Notes: generated by a model from the sequence alone, not told the origin. 64,000 nucleotides of DNA from Octopus bimaculoides (GCF_001194135.2 NC_068990.1:90494511-90558510); one strand, 5' to 3'. Shown: positions 1 to 12,500, numbered from the stretch's first letter. Numbers and translations are program-made.

Positions 1-53
<53 letters not shown>

Positions 54-866
54 ATGTATATATACATGTGTGTGTGTGTTTATGTATGTATGTATGTATG
101 TATATGCCTCCTTTATAATAACTAATTGTCTTCTCATTTGTTTATTTTTCGATCAATAATTACTGAATTTTCAGTTCTCCCAAAATTTCCCGTTTCCTGA
201 ATAAGGAATTTTGCAAACGTTAAAAATAAAGATAATAAAAAACAAACATACAAAATTCATCTAAAACAACTCTCTTTGCAGTTCCAAACTTGAGACTGAT
301 ATATTAATTTCAATAAAGCATCTCGACATTTATATAACCTCCACATAAAAAAAAAATATTAGTATAAATTAGGAAAGAATTCATATGTACTCCATTTAGG
401 AACCGAAGCAATAACTATTTTCAGAACGGACAGAAAATAGACAGGACATATTGATAGTGTACAATTTACGAGGAACGAGTAAATGAAATACTGGCTGCAT
501 TTGAATACCTGAATACGTCCATTGTGTAAAAGGAAAAGTACGCAGGTAATAAAACGTAAAACATTCAACGTGTCAACATTGTTTAAAAATCGAGAGGATA
601 TTGAAAATAAATCACAAGTGCAGCGACACAGCGTGGTTTCTATATTTAGGTTTTGTGAAAACCTTAAAAGATCTCGGGAATAAATGTTATGGGTATTAAT
701 TCGTTTACGGTATTGTGTTGTTATCCAAAGGGAGCCGGATGAAGAAAGCACAGGAAAATATACGGATCTTCGTCGTGTAAACTCCCGAAAGGAAATGACA
801 AAATGAATGTTTGAAATGTGTGCATGTATGTAGGTATGCATATATATGTATATATATATATATATA

Positions 867-907
<41 letters not shown>

Positions 908-1227
908 NNNNNNNNNNNNNNNNNNNNNNNNNNNNNNNNNNNNNNNNNNNNNNNNNNNNNNNNNNNNNNNNNNNNNNNNNNNNNNNNNNNNNNNNNNNNN
1001 NNNNNNNNNNNNNNNNNNNNNNNNNNNNNNNNNNNNNNNNNNNNNNNNNNNNNNNNNNNNNNNNNNNNNNNNNNNNNNNNNNNNNNNNNNNNNNNNNNNN
1101 NNNNNNNNNNNNNNNNNNNNNNNNNNNNNNNNNNNNNNNNNNNNNNNNNNNNNNNNNNNNNNNNNNNNNNNNNNNNNNNNNNNNNNNNNNNNNNNNNNNN
1201 NNNNNNNNNNNNNNNNNNNNNNNNNNN

Positions 1228-1274
<47 letters not shown>

Positions 1275-1368
1275 CTTGTTTGTACATGTGCAGATATGTA
1301 TATGGATATGTATGTTTGTACGCGTGTATTACGATCCAAATTGAATAAAACGCTTTTCTGGGGATTTA

Positions 1369-1800
1369 TCAAGCATCGTCATCACCATCATTATCGTGAT
1401 AATCCTCATCTTCACTGCCAGTACCAGCCTCAGCTTGTCATAGCTACCACCATTGTATCCAGTAGCGTTGTCAACATCCACCATTACGCCGCCATCGTTA
1501 TTTTTTCATGAAAACTACCACCGCAGCCATTATCATCTCGTTATCATCACTCTCCTCATCTTCAACATAAACATTCTTAACCTCAGAATATCTATGTCTT
1601 CCGCCTCCTCCCTCAAACCATCTTCATCATCATGGTTGTCAACGTTCTCATCACCTACATCTTCTGTCTCCGACTTATTAAGATCATTGTTATTGTCATC
1701 ATCTTCGTTTTCATTGTCGACAACTTCCGATTCGTCGTCGTCATAATCATCGTCATCATCAACATAAACAACAACAACAACAACAACAACATTGTCATAA
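1369..1800. repeat. Degenerate (CAT/CAC/CAA)n trinucleotide low-complexity tract
   Basis: CAT/CGT/CAA-rich tract that gives only low-complexity ORFs. Confidence 0.85.
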
Positions 1801-2369
1801 AGCGTCAAAATGTAAGAAAAACAATCATCTTATTACAGGAAGGCAAATATGCTATCATAATTCCATGTTTATACATGCTTATACATATACATGTATATAT
1901 ATAAATGCACATAAACGCGTATATACACAACAGATATGACACTAGTAGTGTCACGCAGTCCGAGAAAGACCATTCTGCATATCTTGATAAACAATCAGCG
2001 CAAGTGTTTTGTGATCAAGTGTTAACGCTGCTCATTGTCTCTCTCTCCATCACGTGACGTGTCGAAATGATCGCAGAGCAACGTGAAGTGAAGGGATTTT
2101 CCCAAGAACGCAACGCATCACCCGGTCCAGCAATTGAAACCATGATTTGGCGATTGCGAGTGAAAACTCTAAGCCCTAGCCGATGCTCCCTCACATAACA
2201 TAAGCTTATACTACAATAAACCTCTTACTCATTTGAAGATATTTGATATGCGATTCGTATGACAATATATCTTCTACATCTTTATATATGCGCTTCAATA
2301 AACCCAAACAATAAGACAAAATCCATACATCAAATAGATCCATACATATATTTAACAAGGCTAGTATCG

Positions 2370-2531
2370 TCATGACGTCTCTTATATTCTTTCTGGGCTA
2401 ATGGCGTACTTTGACTGTTAATATGCCATACTGTTTCACCATTTTGTCTACAAATTCTGCACTTATCACTTTCTGATATGTTGTCTATTCTGTATTCGAT
2501 GTAATTCGTTCTTAATGATTGCTCTTGGGTA
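2370..2531 (-). mobile_element. R4/Dong-like RLE non-LTR retrotransposon fragment (CCHC zinc-knuckle region)
   Basis: Minus frame reads QEQSLRTNYIEYRIDNISESDKCRICRQNGETVWHINSQSTPLAQKEYKRRHD, matching the CxxC...ETxxHIxSxCxxLA..Y..RHD motif of RLE LINEs. Confidence 0.8.
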
Positions 2532-2758
2532 CAACAGAAACAGGAAGAAAGAGTGAGAGAAAGTTGTGGTGAAAGAGTACAGCAGGGTTCGCCACCATCC
2601 CCTGCCGGAGCCTCGTGAAGCTTTAGGTGTTTTCGCTCAATAAACACTCACAACGCTCTTTCTGGGAATCGAAACCGCGATCCTACGACTGCGAGTTCGC
2701 TAACCTAACCACTGGGCCATTGCGCCTCCACACACACACACATACACACACACACACA

Positions 2759-2790
<32 letters not shown>

Positions 2791-2890
2791 TATATNNNNN
2801 NNNNNNNNNNNNNNNNNNNNNNNNNNNNNNNNNNNNNNNNNNNNNNNNNNNNNNNNNNNNNNNNNNNNNNNNNNNNNATATATATATATG

Positions 2891-2939
<49 letters not shown>

Positions 2940-3609
2940 TAGCATGAATACATGTGTGTGTATGCGTGTGCGTATATACAGACACATTTTATATTCCTAT
3001 GTGATATCCTGATGGCTACTTTGGGGGCAAAATACATGATCGTCACCACAAATGAGTGTGTGTGTGTTTGTATGTGTTTCCGTGTATCCTAGTTTGTACG
3101 TGCGTTTACACGAATACATCAGTGTGTGTGTGAAGAAGGACACTTTTTATTCATATCACACAAAAAAAAAAAAATTCATTCATATTTTATTTTATGTTTG
3201 ATGAATAAATAAAAATAAACTATAGCCATAATAATATCTTTATGTCTATGTGTTATCATGTCCGAAAGAACTTAACATCGTTTTAGAATTTAATATTCAG
3301 AGCAACGCATTGTATGAGAGTTTTCGGAATTCGATTTAATATATTATGACTTTAGAAAAACAATAACGTTTTTCATATATATTTACATTGTATCTGATTT
3401 ATTCTTTAACTCACACATTTATCAAACATTGCTATAATACGACGCATGACCGCACCAACATTTCGATTTTCATAATTTTCTGTATTATAAAGGTTTTTAA
3501 ATAAGATTTCCTGTAGTATTACGCATATACCTGTATACACATACACACATATATGATTGCGCGTGTGTTTGTGTCTCTCTCTATCTCTCTATTTCTGTAC
3601 ATCTATCTA

Positions 3610-3664
<55 letters not shown>

Positions 3665-4010
3665 ATCTATATANNNNNNNNNNNNNNNNNNNNNNNNNNN
3701 NNNNNNNNNNNNNNNNNNNNNNNNNNNNNNNNNNNNNNNNNNNNNNNNNNNNNNNNNNNNNNNNNNNNNNNNNNNNNNNNNNNNNNNNNNNNNNNNNNNN
3801 NNNNNNNNNNNNNNNNNNNNNNNNNNNNNNNNNNNNNNNNNNNNNNNNNNNNNNNNNNNNNNNNNNNNNNNNNNTATATATATATATATATATATTAATA
3901 ATTATTAATAATGACAATGTGACAACAAAAGAATGAATGAGACATCGATATGATGTAAAATAGAGGAATTTATCTATAAATATAATATGTGACAATTAGT
4001 TGGTTGACAT

Positions 4011-4071
4011 AATAAAACTCAGAGTTTCGGATACCGAGTATGAAGTCTGCTCCGGCATCTCATCAGTTGTT
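4011..4071 (-). ncRNA. Type I hammerhead ribozyme motif, Penelope-like-element type (palindromic helix III)
   Basis: Minus strand: AAACAA-CUGAUGA-GAUGCCG(gagcagacuucauacu)CGGUAUC-C-GAAA-CUC-U-GAG-UU-UUAUU. The core boxes are intact, helix II has 7 bp, helix III is ACUC/GAGU around 1 nt and the cleavage triplet is GUU. Deviations are one extra C before GAAA and a weak AU-only helix I. Confidence 0.6.
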
Positions 4072-5075
4072 TAGACAAAACGCTACGAGAAAAACCGTTA
4101 AATAAATGGAAATTACTCCAATAGGCCTTGTGAAAGTAATACTTCATTCATAGAATCCGCATATGCACACATATACACACACATACATGAAATCGAAGAA
4201 GGCACTTGTCTGAACACAGAACCATGAGGTTGGGAAGTAAACTTCTAGTCACACAGTCATACCAAACATCATATGGAATCTAACTGCATTCATCCCAGTA
4301 TTATCATTTGCAGAACAATGGAAAAGTCTGCTACAGATTGTGCCAAATTCATTGACTTAATGTGAATATTAAATTAGGGCTGCCATAACTAAAAAAGGTG
4401 AGAATAAAAATAATTTTTTTGTGTAATCCTTGTATGTTGTTAATATTATGAGAATGATAACGTATTCCCATTAATATGATTTTCACTGCTGGTAATATTC
4501 GTTTCAAATTTTAGCACAATGCCAGTAATTTTAAGGGAGAGAGTTTGTAGATTACTTTGATAATTTTTCATTCAAATATTTCATGTATGCATGTGTCAGC
4601 GAGTGGTGTTCCTTATACAAAAAGAGAATTTCAAAATGGGACAATCGATTATTGTGTTTATCTACCACTTCATGATTCTTCATATTTTAAGACGACGCAG
4701 TGTGATTAAGGAATTTGGCTGTTATGTCTCGTAGTGCAGGCGTTCTTTTATAAAGATTCCTATTTATATTTGTCATGCACTTGGTATAAATATATATATC
4801 GTATTGTTTTACATAAGCAGTCCAGCCTGGTAGACGGTACTCATCAGTCGGTGCAACAATAAGAAAATAATTGTTTTAAGCTATCAAGAAAATATAACAT
4901 CACATCATTTTAAATTTAATATAGTATATTTGATGATATACCATCAGGTCAAAACCAATAACAGTTTATTTGCTTGGCATTGATGTCAGTTGTATTGTCA
5001 GATGGAAATCGATATACGTATATCTGGGTGTAGTGTGCGGGTGTGAGTGTGTACGTGTAAACATTATACATATAC

Positions 5076-5154
<79 letters not shown>

Positions 5155-5454
5155 AACACACACACATATCGATTCCAGACGATATCAATGCTAAATCTAC
5201 ACATATAAGCAAACATATACATAGCTACATACATATATATAGAGAGAGAGACGGACAAATAGCTAGATAAATTAATAGATAGATGGATAGATAGGTAGAC
5301 AGATAAACGTACATATAGAAAACCTACAAGAGCATGACAACATTTAGGAATATGCACAAGACGCTGTGTAAATATATATTTAGCAAAAGCACTAAACCTA
5401 TATAAGTACATACGTAAACATATGTATGTATATATAAATATACATATATATATG

Positions 5455-5509
<55 letters not shown>

Positions 5510-5517
5510 ATATATAT

Positions 5518-5940
5518 CCTTTTATTTGTTTCAGTGATTTTACTTCGGCCATGCTGGAGCACCGCCTTTAGACGAGCAAATCGCCCACAAGACTTACTCT
5601 TTGTAAGCCTAGTACTTATTCTATAGGTCTCTGTTTTTGCCGAACCGCTAGATACAGGGACGTAAACACACCAGCATCGGTTGTCAAGCGGTGTTTGCGG
5701 GGGGGGGGGCACACACAGATACATAAACATACATATACACAAATATACCCACACGCACACACAAGCACAAACATATATATATACGACGGGGTTCTTTCAG
5801 TTACCGTCTACCAACCAAATCAACTCACAGGTCCTTGCTCGCCCTAGGCTACAGTAGAAAACACTTGCCCAAGGTGCCACGTTGTAGGACTGAACCCGGA
5901 GACATGTGGTTAGTAAGCAAGTTACTTACCACAGCCACCC
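5518..5940 (-). mobile_element. tRNA-derived SINE family A, full-length copy
   Basis: Minus-strand head (GGTGGCTGTGGTAAG...GGGTTCAGTCC, A/B-box-like), then GTGGCACCTTGGGCAAGTG, an internal (CA/TA)n tract and the tail GGTGCTCCAGCATGGCCG...AAACAAATAAAAG. The same sequence recurs at least 9 times in the window. Confidence 0.9.
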
Positions 5941-5959
5941 TGCACCTATGCATATATAT

Positions 5960-6010
<51 letters not shown>

Positions 6011-6059
6011 CATACATATTTGTAAATCTATATATGTGTTTATGTTATGCATGCATCTA

Positions 6060-6106
<47 letters not shown>

Positions 6107-6599
6107 GCGTGTGTGTGCGTGTGCCTGTGTGTGTATGTATATACGCATGTATAGTCTACATGTGTATAACTGTCTTTTTTATTCTGTTATTGATTCGTTC
6201 TTTACTCACGTTTCTTTATCGTTTTGTGACAGTTAATATAGTCATTGATTAATAGACATGGCAATTGTTGCTGTTGTTGTAATAGTTATTGCTTATGTGA
6301 CATTTATTGTTGCTGTTGTTGTTGTTGGTATTACTATTGTGAATGAAGAGAATGATTTTGCTGATATTTCCTTTTGGTTTATATTCTTTCTTTCCTCCTC
6401 ACACTCCTCCACCTTTATTCTTTTCTCAAAGAAACAAATAAAATGATAGCAAATTCTAAAAAAAAAACAAACAAGCAAAATAACGAAGCGAATAAAAACA
6501 AACGTAAAACAGACAAGTCGTAACAAACTCATTTCAATTGTTAAGTTTGTATACTTGACTCCCGACGACTCTCAGTCAAAAGCGATTTTTATATGTGTG

Positions 6600-6835
6600 T
6601 ATATGCAGTATAAGAGGCCGTGTATGCAATAAATGAATGCACCATCTTTAGATCGCTAACCACTACACACATTTTTTCTCTCCTTGTTTCTTTCTGTGTG
6701 CCTTTCTGTGGAAGAGCGTAGGCTCGAAACGTTAAAGACTTTTTCAATTCCCGAGCGTTATACATCCGTTATACATCAGTTTGTTTTCTACACCACCTGT
6801 CTTCATCTGTTGTTTTTTTGTGTGAATTCTCCCTA
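6600..6835 (+). mobile_element. Probable Penelope-like element terminal repeat fragment carrying a minimal hammerhead-like motif (6702-6737)
   Basis: CUUU-CUGUGGA-A-GAGC(GUAG)GCUC-GAAA-CG-UU-AAAG has minimal type I hammerhead topology with palindromic ACGU helix III and a core A6>U change. PLE assignment is inferred from the motif and the boundaries are approximate. Confidence 0.45.
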
Positions 6836-8064
6836 TATATATATATATATATATATATAGGGGCATAGGTTTGTAGATTATTGTGATTGGCTTCTTCTTA
6901 TCAATGATACATATTGCCTCGTTCATCACTGATTCATTCATCACTGATCCGAAATAACATGGCATGCTCAATCGAGAATGCCATGTTATAGTGTTTGATG
7001 CATTCGTACCCATCAACATGCCACCAATGAACAGACACAAAACGATGGTGCTTAATCCTAACAATCGAAGCAAACGAGTGCATTCTCTAAAAGAAACAGC
7101 AAACATAATCAAGACAATACACGACGACGGAAACTTCATAGTTCGAGTTCACGAGATTTGAGTGAATGAATCCGCCATTTGTTCCACAATCGAAGCATAT
7201 AGAGACGATTCATTTATCACTGTTTGTTTTGGTACCGACCTTCATGATAAACGACGATAGACGTAACCATAAAAGTTATAAAGTAATTTTATATCACGTT
7301 TGCTAGATATTCTATTTGTTAACTTTTAACTGTATCAGTCAACACTTTCCTGATATTATTTTATACCACTATTGTGGCTATACTAGATACATTTGCATAT
7401 AAATATTATATGGTCTATCAACTATAAGTGGTTGTGTTCGTTATTGCCAGCTGTTGCAGCTATTGGTGTGGCTATAATAGTTAGTATGACGAGTTACAAT
7501 AGCTATTGGTGTTTATAGAAGTTACTGGAGGCAATAAAATTTATTGGTGTCTAGAGTAGATTTTGTTGGCTATAACATTTAATATTATGACGATAGTAAT
7601 AATTAGTCGCGATATTGTTTCTGGCTAAAAGAGTAGAATCCAGATATAATTCAACATAGATTTACAATCCATGCATGCGTACATGTATGTTGTATGTCTT
7701 CGTATAATAGCGATGGATACAAACAGCAACAAAAATACGGAAACGTTCTCTCTTGATATTCTGCATCAAGCTTCAGTTACCCCTCGTTACTGTTGCCGTC
7801 ACAAATGATTGGGCTCGTTGAGAACATATCGCCATTGTTGTTCTTGTTCACGAATTGTGATATGAAAAAAAATAGGAAGTAAAAGTTTCAGTAGATCTGA
7901 TGTTATTCCATGCTTTTAATGCACGTCGACCGAGTGTGCTATTATCTGTGTCCCTTATCTAGCGACAGAAGTCTGATCAGGTCTCGTGGTTTGTCAGTGA
8001 GGTTATTCCATCCGATATACATATATATATATATACATATGGTGTGTGCGTGCGCGCGCGCATT

Positions 8065-8272
8065 TGTGTGTCTGTGTCTGTGTCCCGCAACATCGCTTGA
8101 CAACCGATGCTGGTGTGTTTACGTCCCCGTAAATTAGCGGTTCCATAAAAAGGACCGACAGAATAAGTACTAGGCTTACAAAGAATAAATCCTGATGTCG
8201 ATTTGCTCGACTAAAGGCGGTGCTCCAGCATGGCCGCAGTCAAATGACTGAAACAAGTAAAAGAATAAAAGA
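8065..8272 (+). mobile_element. SINE family A, 3' half
   Basis: CAACATCGCTTGACAACCGATGCTGG...GGCGGTGCTCCAGCATGGCCGCAGTCAAATGACTGAAACAAGTAAAAG is the reverse complement of 5518-5720. Confidence 0.9.
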
Positions 8273-8289
8273 ATTTCTCTATTCTCATC

Positions 8290-10800
8290 GCAGCTCTCTT
8301 TAATTCCGCTTTTTGGTTTTCGATTGATATCTTCCTTCAATACAGTTCGTAGCTATTTATGTTAGTTTTCCATTAGTTATTATGATATATTTTTTATAGT
8401 TTTTCAGGAAATAATTTATAATAGTTGTCTAGCTTCATAAGTCCTACTAAGTACTACTGGTAATTAGCTTTTTTAGGTTAGATTTTCTGTGGTGTATTCT
8501 ATAAATAAAACAATTCTTTTTCTTACCTAGTTCAACAAGTTCTTATTGCCATTAGTTGAGAACGTTAACATCATAACTATAACTTATCAGTGGCACAGTT
8601 CAAATATTGACGATTCTTATCTTCTATTTTAGTATTTAGCTATACAATAAGTATTAATCCCGTGTGTTTATATTATTACTTTACAAATTTTTCTTTCACT
8701 TGTATATGTTGTAATCTGTCCAATTCATTGATTCCTAATTTCTAGTGACTCTGTATTTGATCTACTTCACTTATCTTTGTTCTTTATCTTCCATTATATT
8801 AGGATTGTTATATTTATTATTTTTCAAGTTACTCTATTATATTTTCCTAATCCGTAATTTATATAAAATCCGTATACTATCTGGAGCAGCGTTTCTCGTT
8901 GGTTATTATCTACAGCAGTGTATAGTGTTAGGGTGTTTCCTTAAAAAAACATTAGAGACACTCCAGTTTTAATGGAAACGGACCTAATTATTATAGTTAC
9001 TCACTTTTCTTTGTATAAATAGAATTTGTAATAATTTACTCTGGCGTGTTTTAACGTTTCAACTTATTGTTATTGATATATTATTCAACGATATTTCTAG
9101 GTTCTAGGAGTAGGACACACTGCCTAAAGCTTTCCGGTAATCAACTTATATTATAATCAGACGCAGCTTTATCCTGATACTCTTCGATCAGTAATTAATA
9201 TTTGCATATGTATGAGTCTTTGAAACATCGATTTGGTTTTTATTACTCGTATATTTTTCTGATCTTTATTTATTTTTTGCAACATCATTGCAGGCAAATC
9301 CTGATAAATTGTAAGTTCATGCTGGGCATCGAGATGGTTTTCTTCTCAGTGACGCAGTCAGTTGTTGCTTTCGGCTCCGTCCGTATCTCATTAGCCCTCT
9401 CTAATAGCAGCTTACGTGTCTCTGTTACATATCTTAACCAGATATTTTGGATTTTGGTCATGTCCTCATAGTCTTCTAATTACTCGTTTATACTATATAA
9501 TCAGCCACAAGAGTTCAAGTTGTGCTTTTGTTGTTTTGAAAAATTTCGTTCACGATGATTGCTTTGCTGTCCTCACTTTTCTCCTAATTCTTACGCATAT
9601 CTGCCGTTCGTCCTTCAGTCATTTCTATTTCATGTTTCTTTTCTTTTTCCTAGATCTTCATAGCGTTCTTTCACGTTCGAAATGTTTGCTTTATTTGAAG
9701 AATTGTCGTTTCATTTCATATCACCGATTCTTTGTGATTCCTTATCGCATATCTCTTGATTTGAATAATGTTTTTCATTTTGGATAGATTTTTTTTGTAT
9801 GAGTTATATCTCTATAATATTGGTATGTTTTCTAATTTTACAGTTCTCTTATTTCATTATCAGTTTCATCAAGGACTGAGAGATATTTTCCTTTATTTGC
9901 TCTATTTCTCAGTAAGTTTGCTTTCCATTTTTTTTTGTAGAGTTTTATATTCCTACGCCTGTAAATCTGAGACAGTATCCATTTTCCTAATGGCTGATTC
10001 ATATATTATTTTGTTTAACCTGGTGATATCGATATTCGTGTGTCTGTTTTAATTAAGTCAGTGAAGGCCTGGCTCCCGAAGTTTTATTCTTGTTGCTATT
10101 TTATATCTGAGATGTATCCTTAGGAGGTACTTTCGCTTGTCGATAGAAATATGTTTTTAATTATTGCTTTCAATTCTTTACTGCAAACATAAGAACGTCA
10201 TGTTCATGCTCTCCATTTTTACAATCACACATTCTTAAATATTCTTTATAGTCACATTTATATTTTTAGCTGAGTTGTTCAGTTTTCGTTTTAGGGGACG
10301 TTATTATAAAGTTGTTCTCGGCTTGGTTTTGTATTTTGTTTCTTTTGTACACGACATATTAAATCCATCTTCGTGATTTGTGCTTCAAACGTTTATATTT
10401 TCGCTGTACATTCTGTGTTTGTTACTTGTAATTTCCTTATTTATTCTCTATTTCCAGGATCTTATTTTGATTTCTATAACTTTTCTCTTCGAATGAATTA
10501 TTTTCCTCGGTTAGATACTTGTTTGGGTCCACCGATACATTTAGATCCAAGTTGTTTTCCCTTCAAACTTTATACAAGTATACTGACGGATTTTTTGTCA
10601 TGGTGTATGGCTGTAGTAAGCCATGGATGTAGAATAGAAACGAACGTCATCGTATCGATTTTATACTCTTTTCTGTTTAATTTGCGAAACCTAAAGAATA
10701 AAGTCTGACCTTTCATATAATTTATATCCATTTTTGTACAGAGTACTTTTTTCCGGTGTTGTTGAGATTTTCGTTCCATTCTCGGACTTTATATTTATCA
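8290..10800 (-). mobile_element. Degenerate R4/Dong-like LINE, N-terminal domain through reverse transcriptase/thumb
   Basis: Broken minus-strand reads: VDYRKALGSVSYS at about 9100-9145 (IDYRKAFDSVPHS), KLGINELDRLQHIQVKEKFVK at about 8680-8750 (YKYLG region) and RIHHRKSNLKKL...GLMKLDNY at about 8430-8500 (HPKSDVERLY...GL). Many stops and frameshifts. Confidence 0.75.
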
Positions 10801-11049
10801 CATACGCATCAATTTACTTTGATTACTTTAGATTTATCAGATACGCATAAAAATAAGATATTTATCATTGAATCTATTAATATTAAACTGAATCATTGTG
10901 TTGTTGATGTTAACAGTGATGCGAGTGTCTGATTACACATTATATCAGATAACCGGCCACCATGAATTTTTGTGAAACATTAATTATGTGACAGGAAAGA
11001 CCAATAAATATTACTACATCTTACACAGTCATGCGTCAATATTTTCGTA

Positions 11050-11850
11050 ATTTTTTTTCACTTTTTATGTTAGTCATTATTTTTCGGAGCAGTTCAACGT
11101 TCCAAGGTTGTTCAGTTTGTTTAGCATTATTTGTCCCAGAGTCTCAATTTGTTGATACACCTCGTCCTGCTTATTTCACTTGCAAAGTCCTTATACTGTG
11201 CTAACGTCCCGTTTTTGGCTTTGATTTGCTCAGAAAGTATCGAGGTATCGATCAGAATATAGGCATTTTGGTTTTAGGCTTTGATTATTATCTCTGAACA
11301 GTTCTTCTTCATCTCATTCTCAATTTGGACAGACACAGGTAATTCCCAGATGCTTCTGCTCAAGTCAGAATTTTCTACCGTATATATCACATGGTTATAC
11401 CACTCACTTCTTGTCCGTTTCTGTAGTTAAAATGTTGCCAACCTATTGACTAGATCTGATCTATGAATATACTTGACACTTGTCTAGAACTTGGCAACCA
11501 GACACATTGTGTTCGACTGACTCACTGCATGTATGATCTCGATTTAGTGTTCATATCTTTGTTTCGTTATTTCATTTCTATAATTGTTTCTTGGTAGACA
11601 TTGTCTTTGTGCCACTAATATCAAACTGTGTTTTCCTTTTAGCTCGGAGCTTTAGTGATATTGTTAGTTTTAGACAGTTTTCAGTCTATTTTAGAATTCC
11701 AGTTGCATCTACATTAAACATTATTTCAGCATTTTTCTTTATGATCAATTTTTAGTGTACTCTTCGAGTAGATATTAACCCTTTTAAATATTAAAAATTG
11801 TCCATATGAAGGAAATGGTTTATAGTTTATTCGTAGCATTTAGAAGAATC
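11050..11850 (-). mobile_element. Degenerate R4/Dong-like LINE, C-terminal part (zinc knuckle + restriction-like endonuclease)
   Basis: Minus reads: LILVAQRQCLPRNNY at about 11580-11625 (AAQDQxLxTRNY), EHNVSGCQVLD at about 11485-11515 and AYILIDTSILSE at about 11235-11275 (LIDVSIP). Confidence 0.7.
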
Positions 11851-11869
11851 CAAAGTTTCACCTAACAGA

Positions 11870-12314
11870 ATTCTTAATGGAATTAGTGCAAAGCAGACCA
11901 AGAGGAGGCATAATGAAAGTTCTTAAAAGTCATTATTGTCATTCTTTTAACTTGGGACTTGTTAGAACTTCTGGAGTCTTGCATGCGTAGCGAGCTTGTG
12001 GCCTGCAGCCTACGGTACCATGTTCTCTGTTCTCTTTAGCTATCTAATAATTTCCTGAGGATTCTGGCCATGCTAAAGAAGCAAACGTTTTGCAACAGCT
12101 CTACTTGACATTTTATTCCCATTTCCTTTATATTCCTCTTAATACCTTCTGGTATCAAGGGACCTAGCAATAAATGACACTATCTTTATGTTTCCATTTC
12201 CCACAGTCAAGCTATCTCGTATTTAAGTGGATTCGATATGTCCAGTTTTCTGTTTTCCTTCTTAACTATTCGTGAGTCAAAGGCTACGCAACACCAATTA
12301 TAGATCACACGTAG

Positions 12315-12315
<1 letters not shown>
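11870..12315 (-). mobile_element. 5'-truncated R4/Dong-like LINE 3' end (RLE C-terminus + 3' UTR)
   Basis: Minus reads IIGVA*..FDSRIVKKENRKLD and ELLQNVCFFSMARILRKLLDS*, corresponding to DVACPFD...LQKxxLLGTARILRKVL. It abuts a (TAA)n array at its 5' side. Confidence 0.75.
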
Positions 12316-12359
<44 letters not shown>

Positions 12360-12360
12360 G

Positions 12361-12500
12361 CTTAGCGGTATTTCACCTGTCGTTACGTTCTGAGTTCAAA
12401 TTCCGCCGAGGTCGACTTTGCCTTTCATCCTTTCGGAGGTCGATAAAGTAAGTACCAGTTGAACACTGGGATCGATTTAATCGACTCATCTCCACCTCCT
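12361..12500 (+). mobile_element. tRNA-derived SINE family B (5'-truncated)
   Basis: B-box GAGTTCAAATTCC followed by the central domain GAGGTCGACTTTGCCTTTCATCCTTTCGGAGGTCGATAAAGTAAGTACCAG, which resembles the Meta/MESC-type SINE core as I recall it. Confidence 0.9.
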
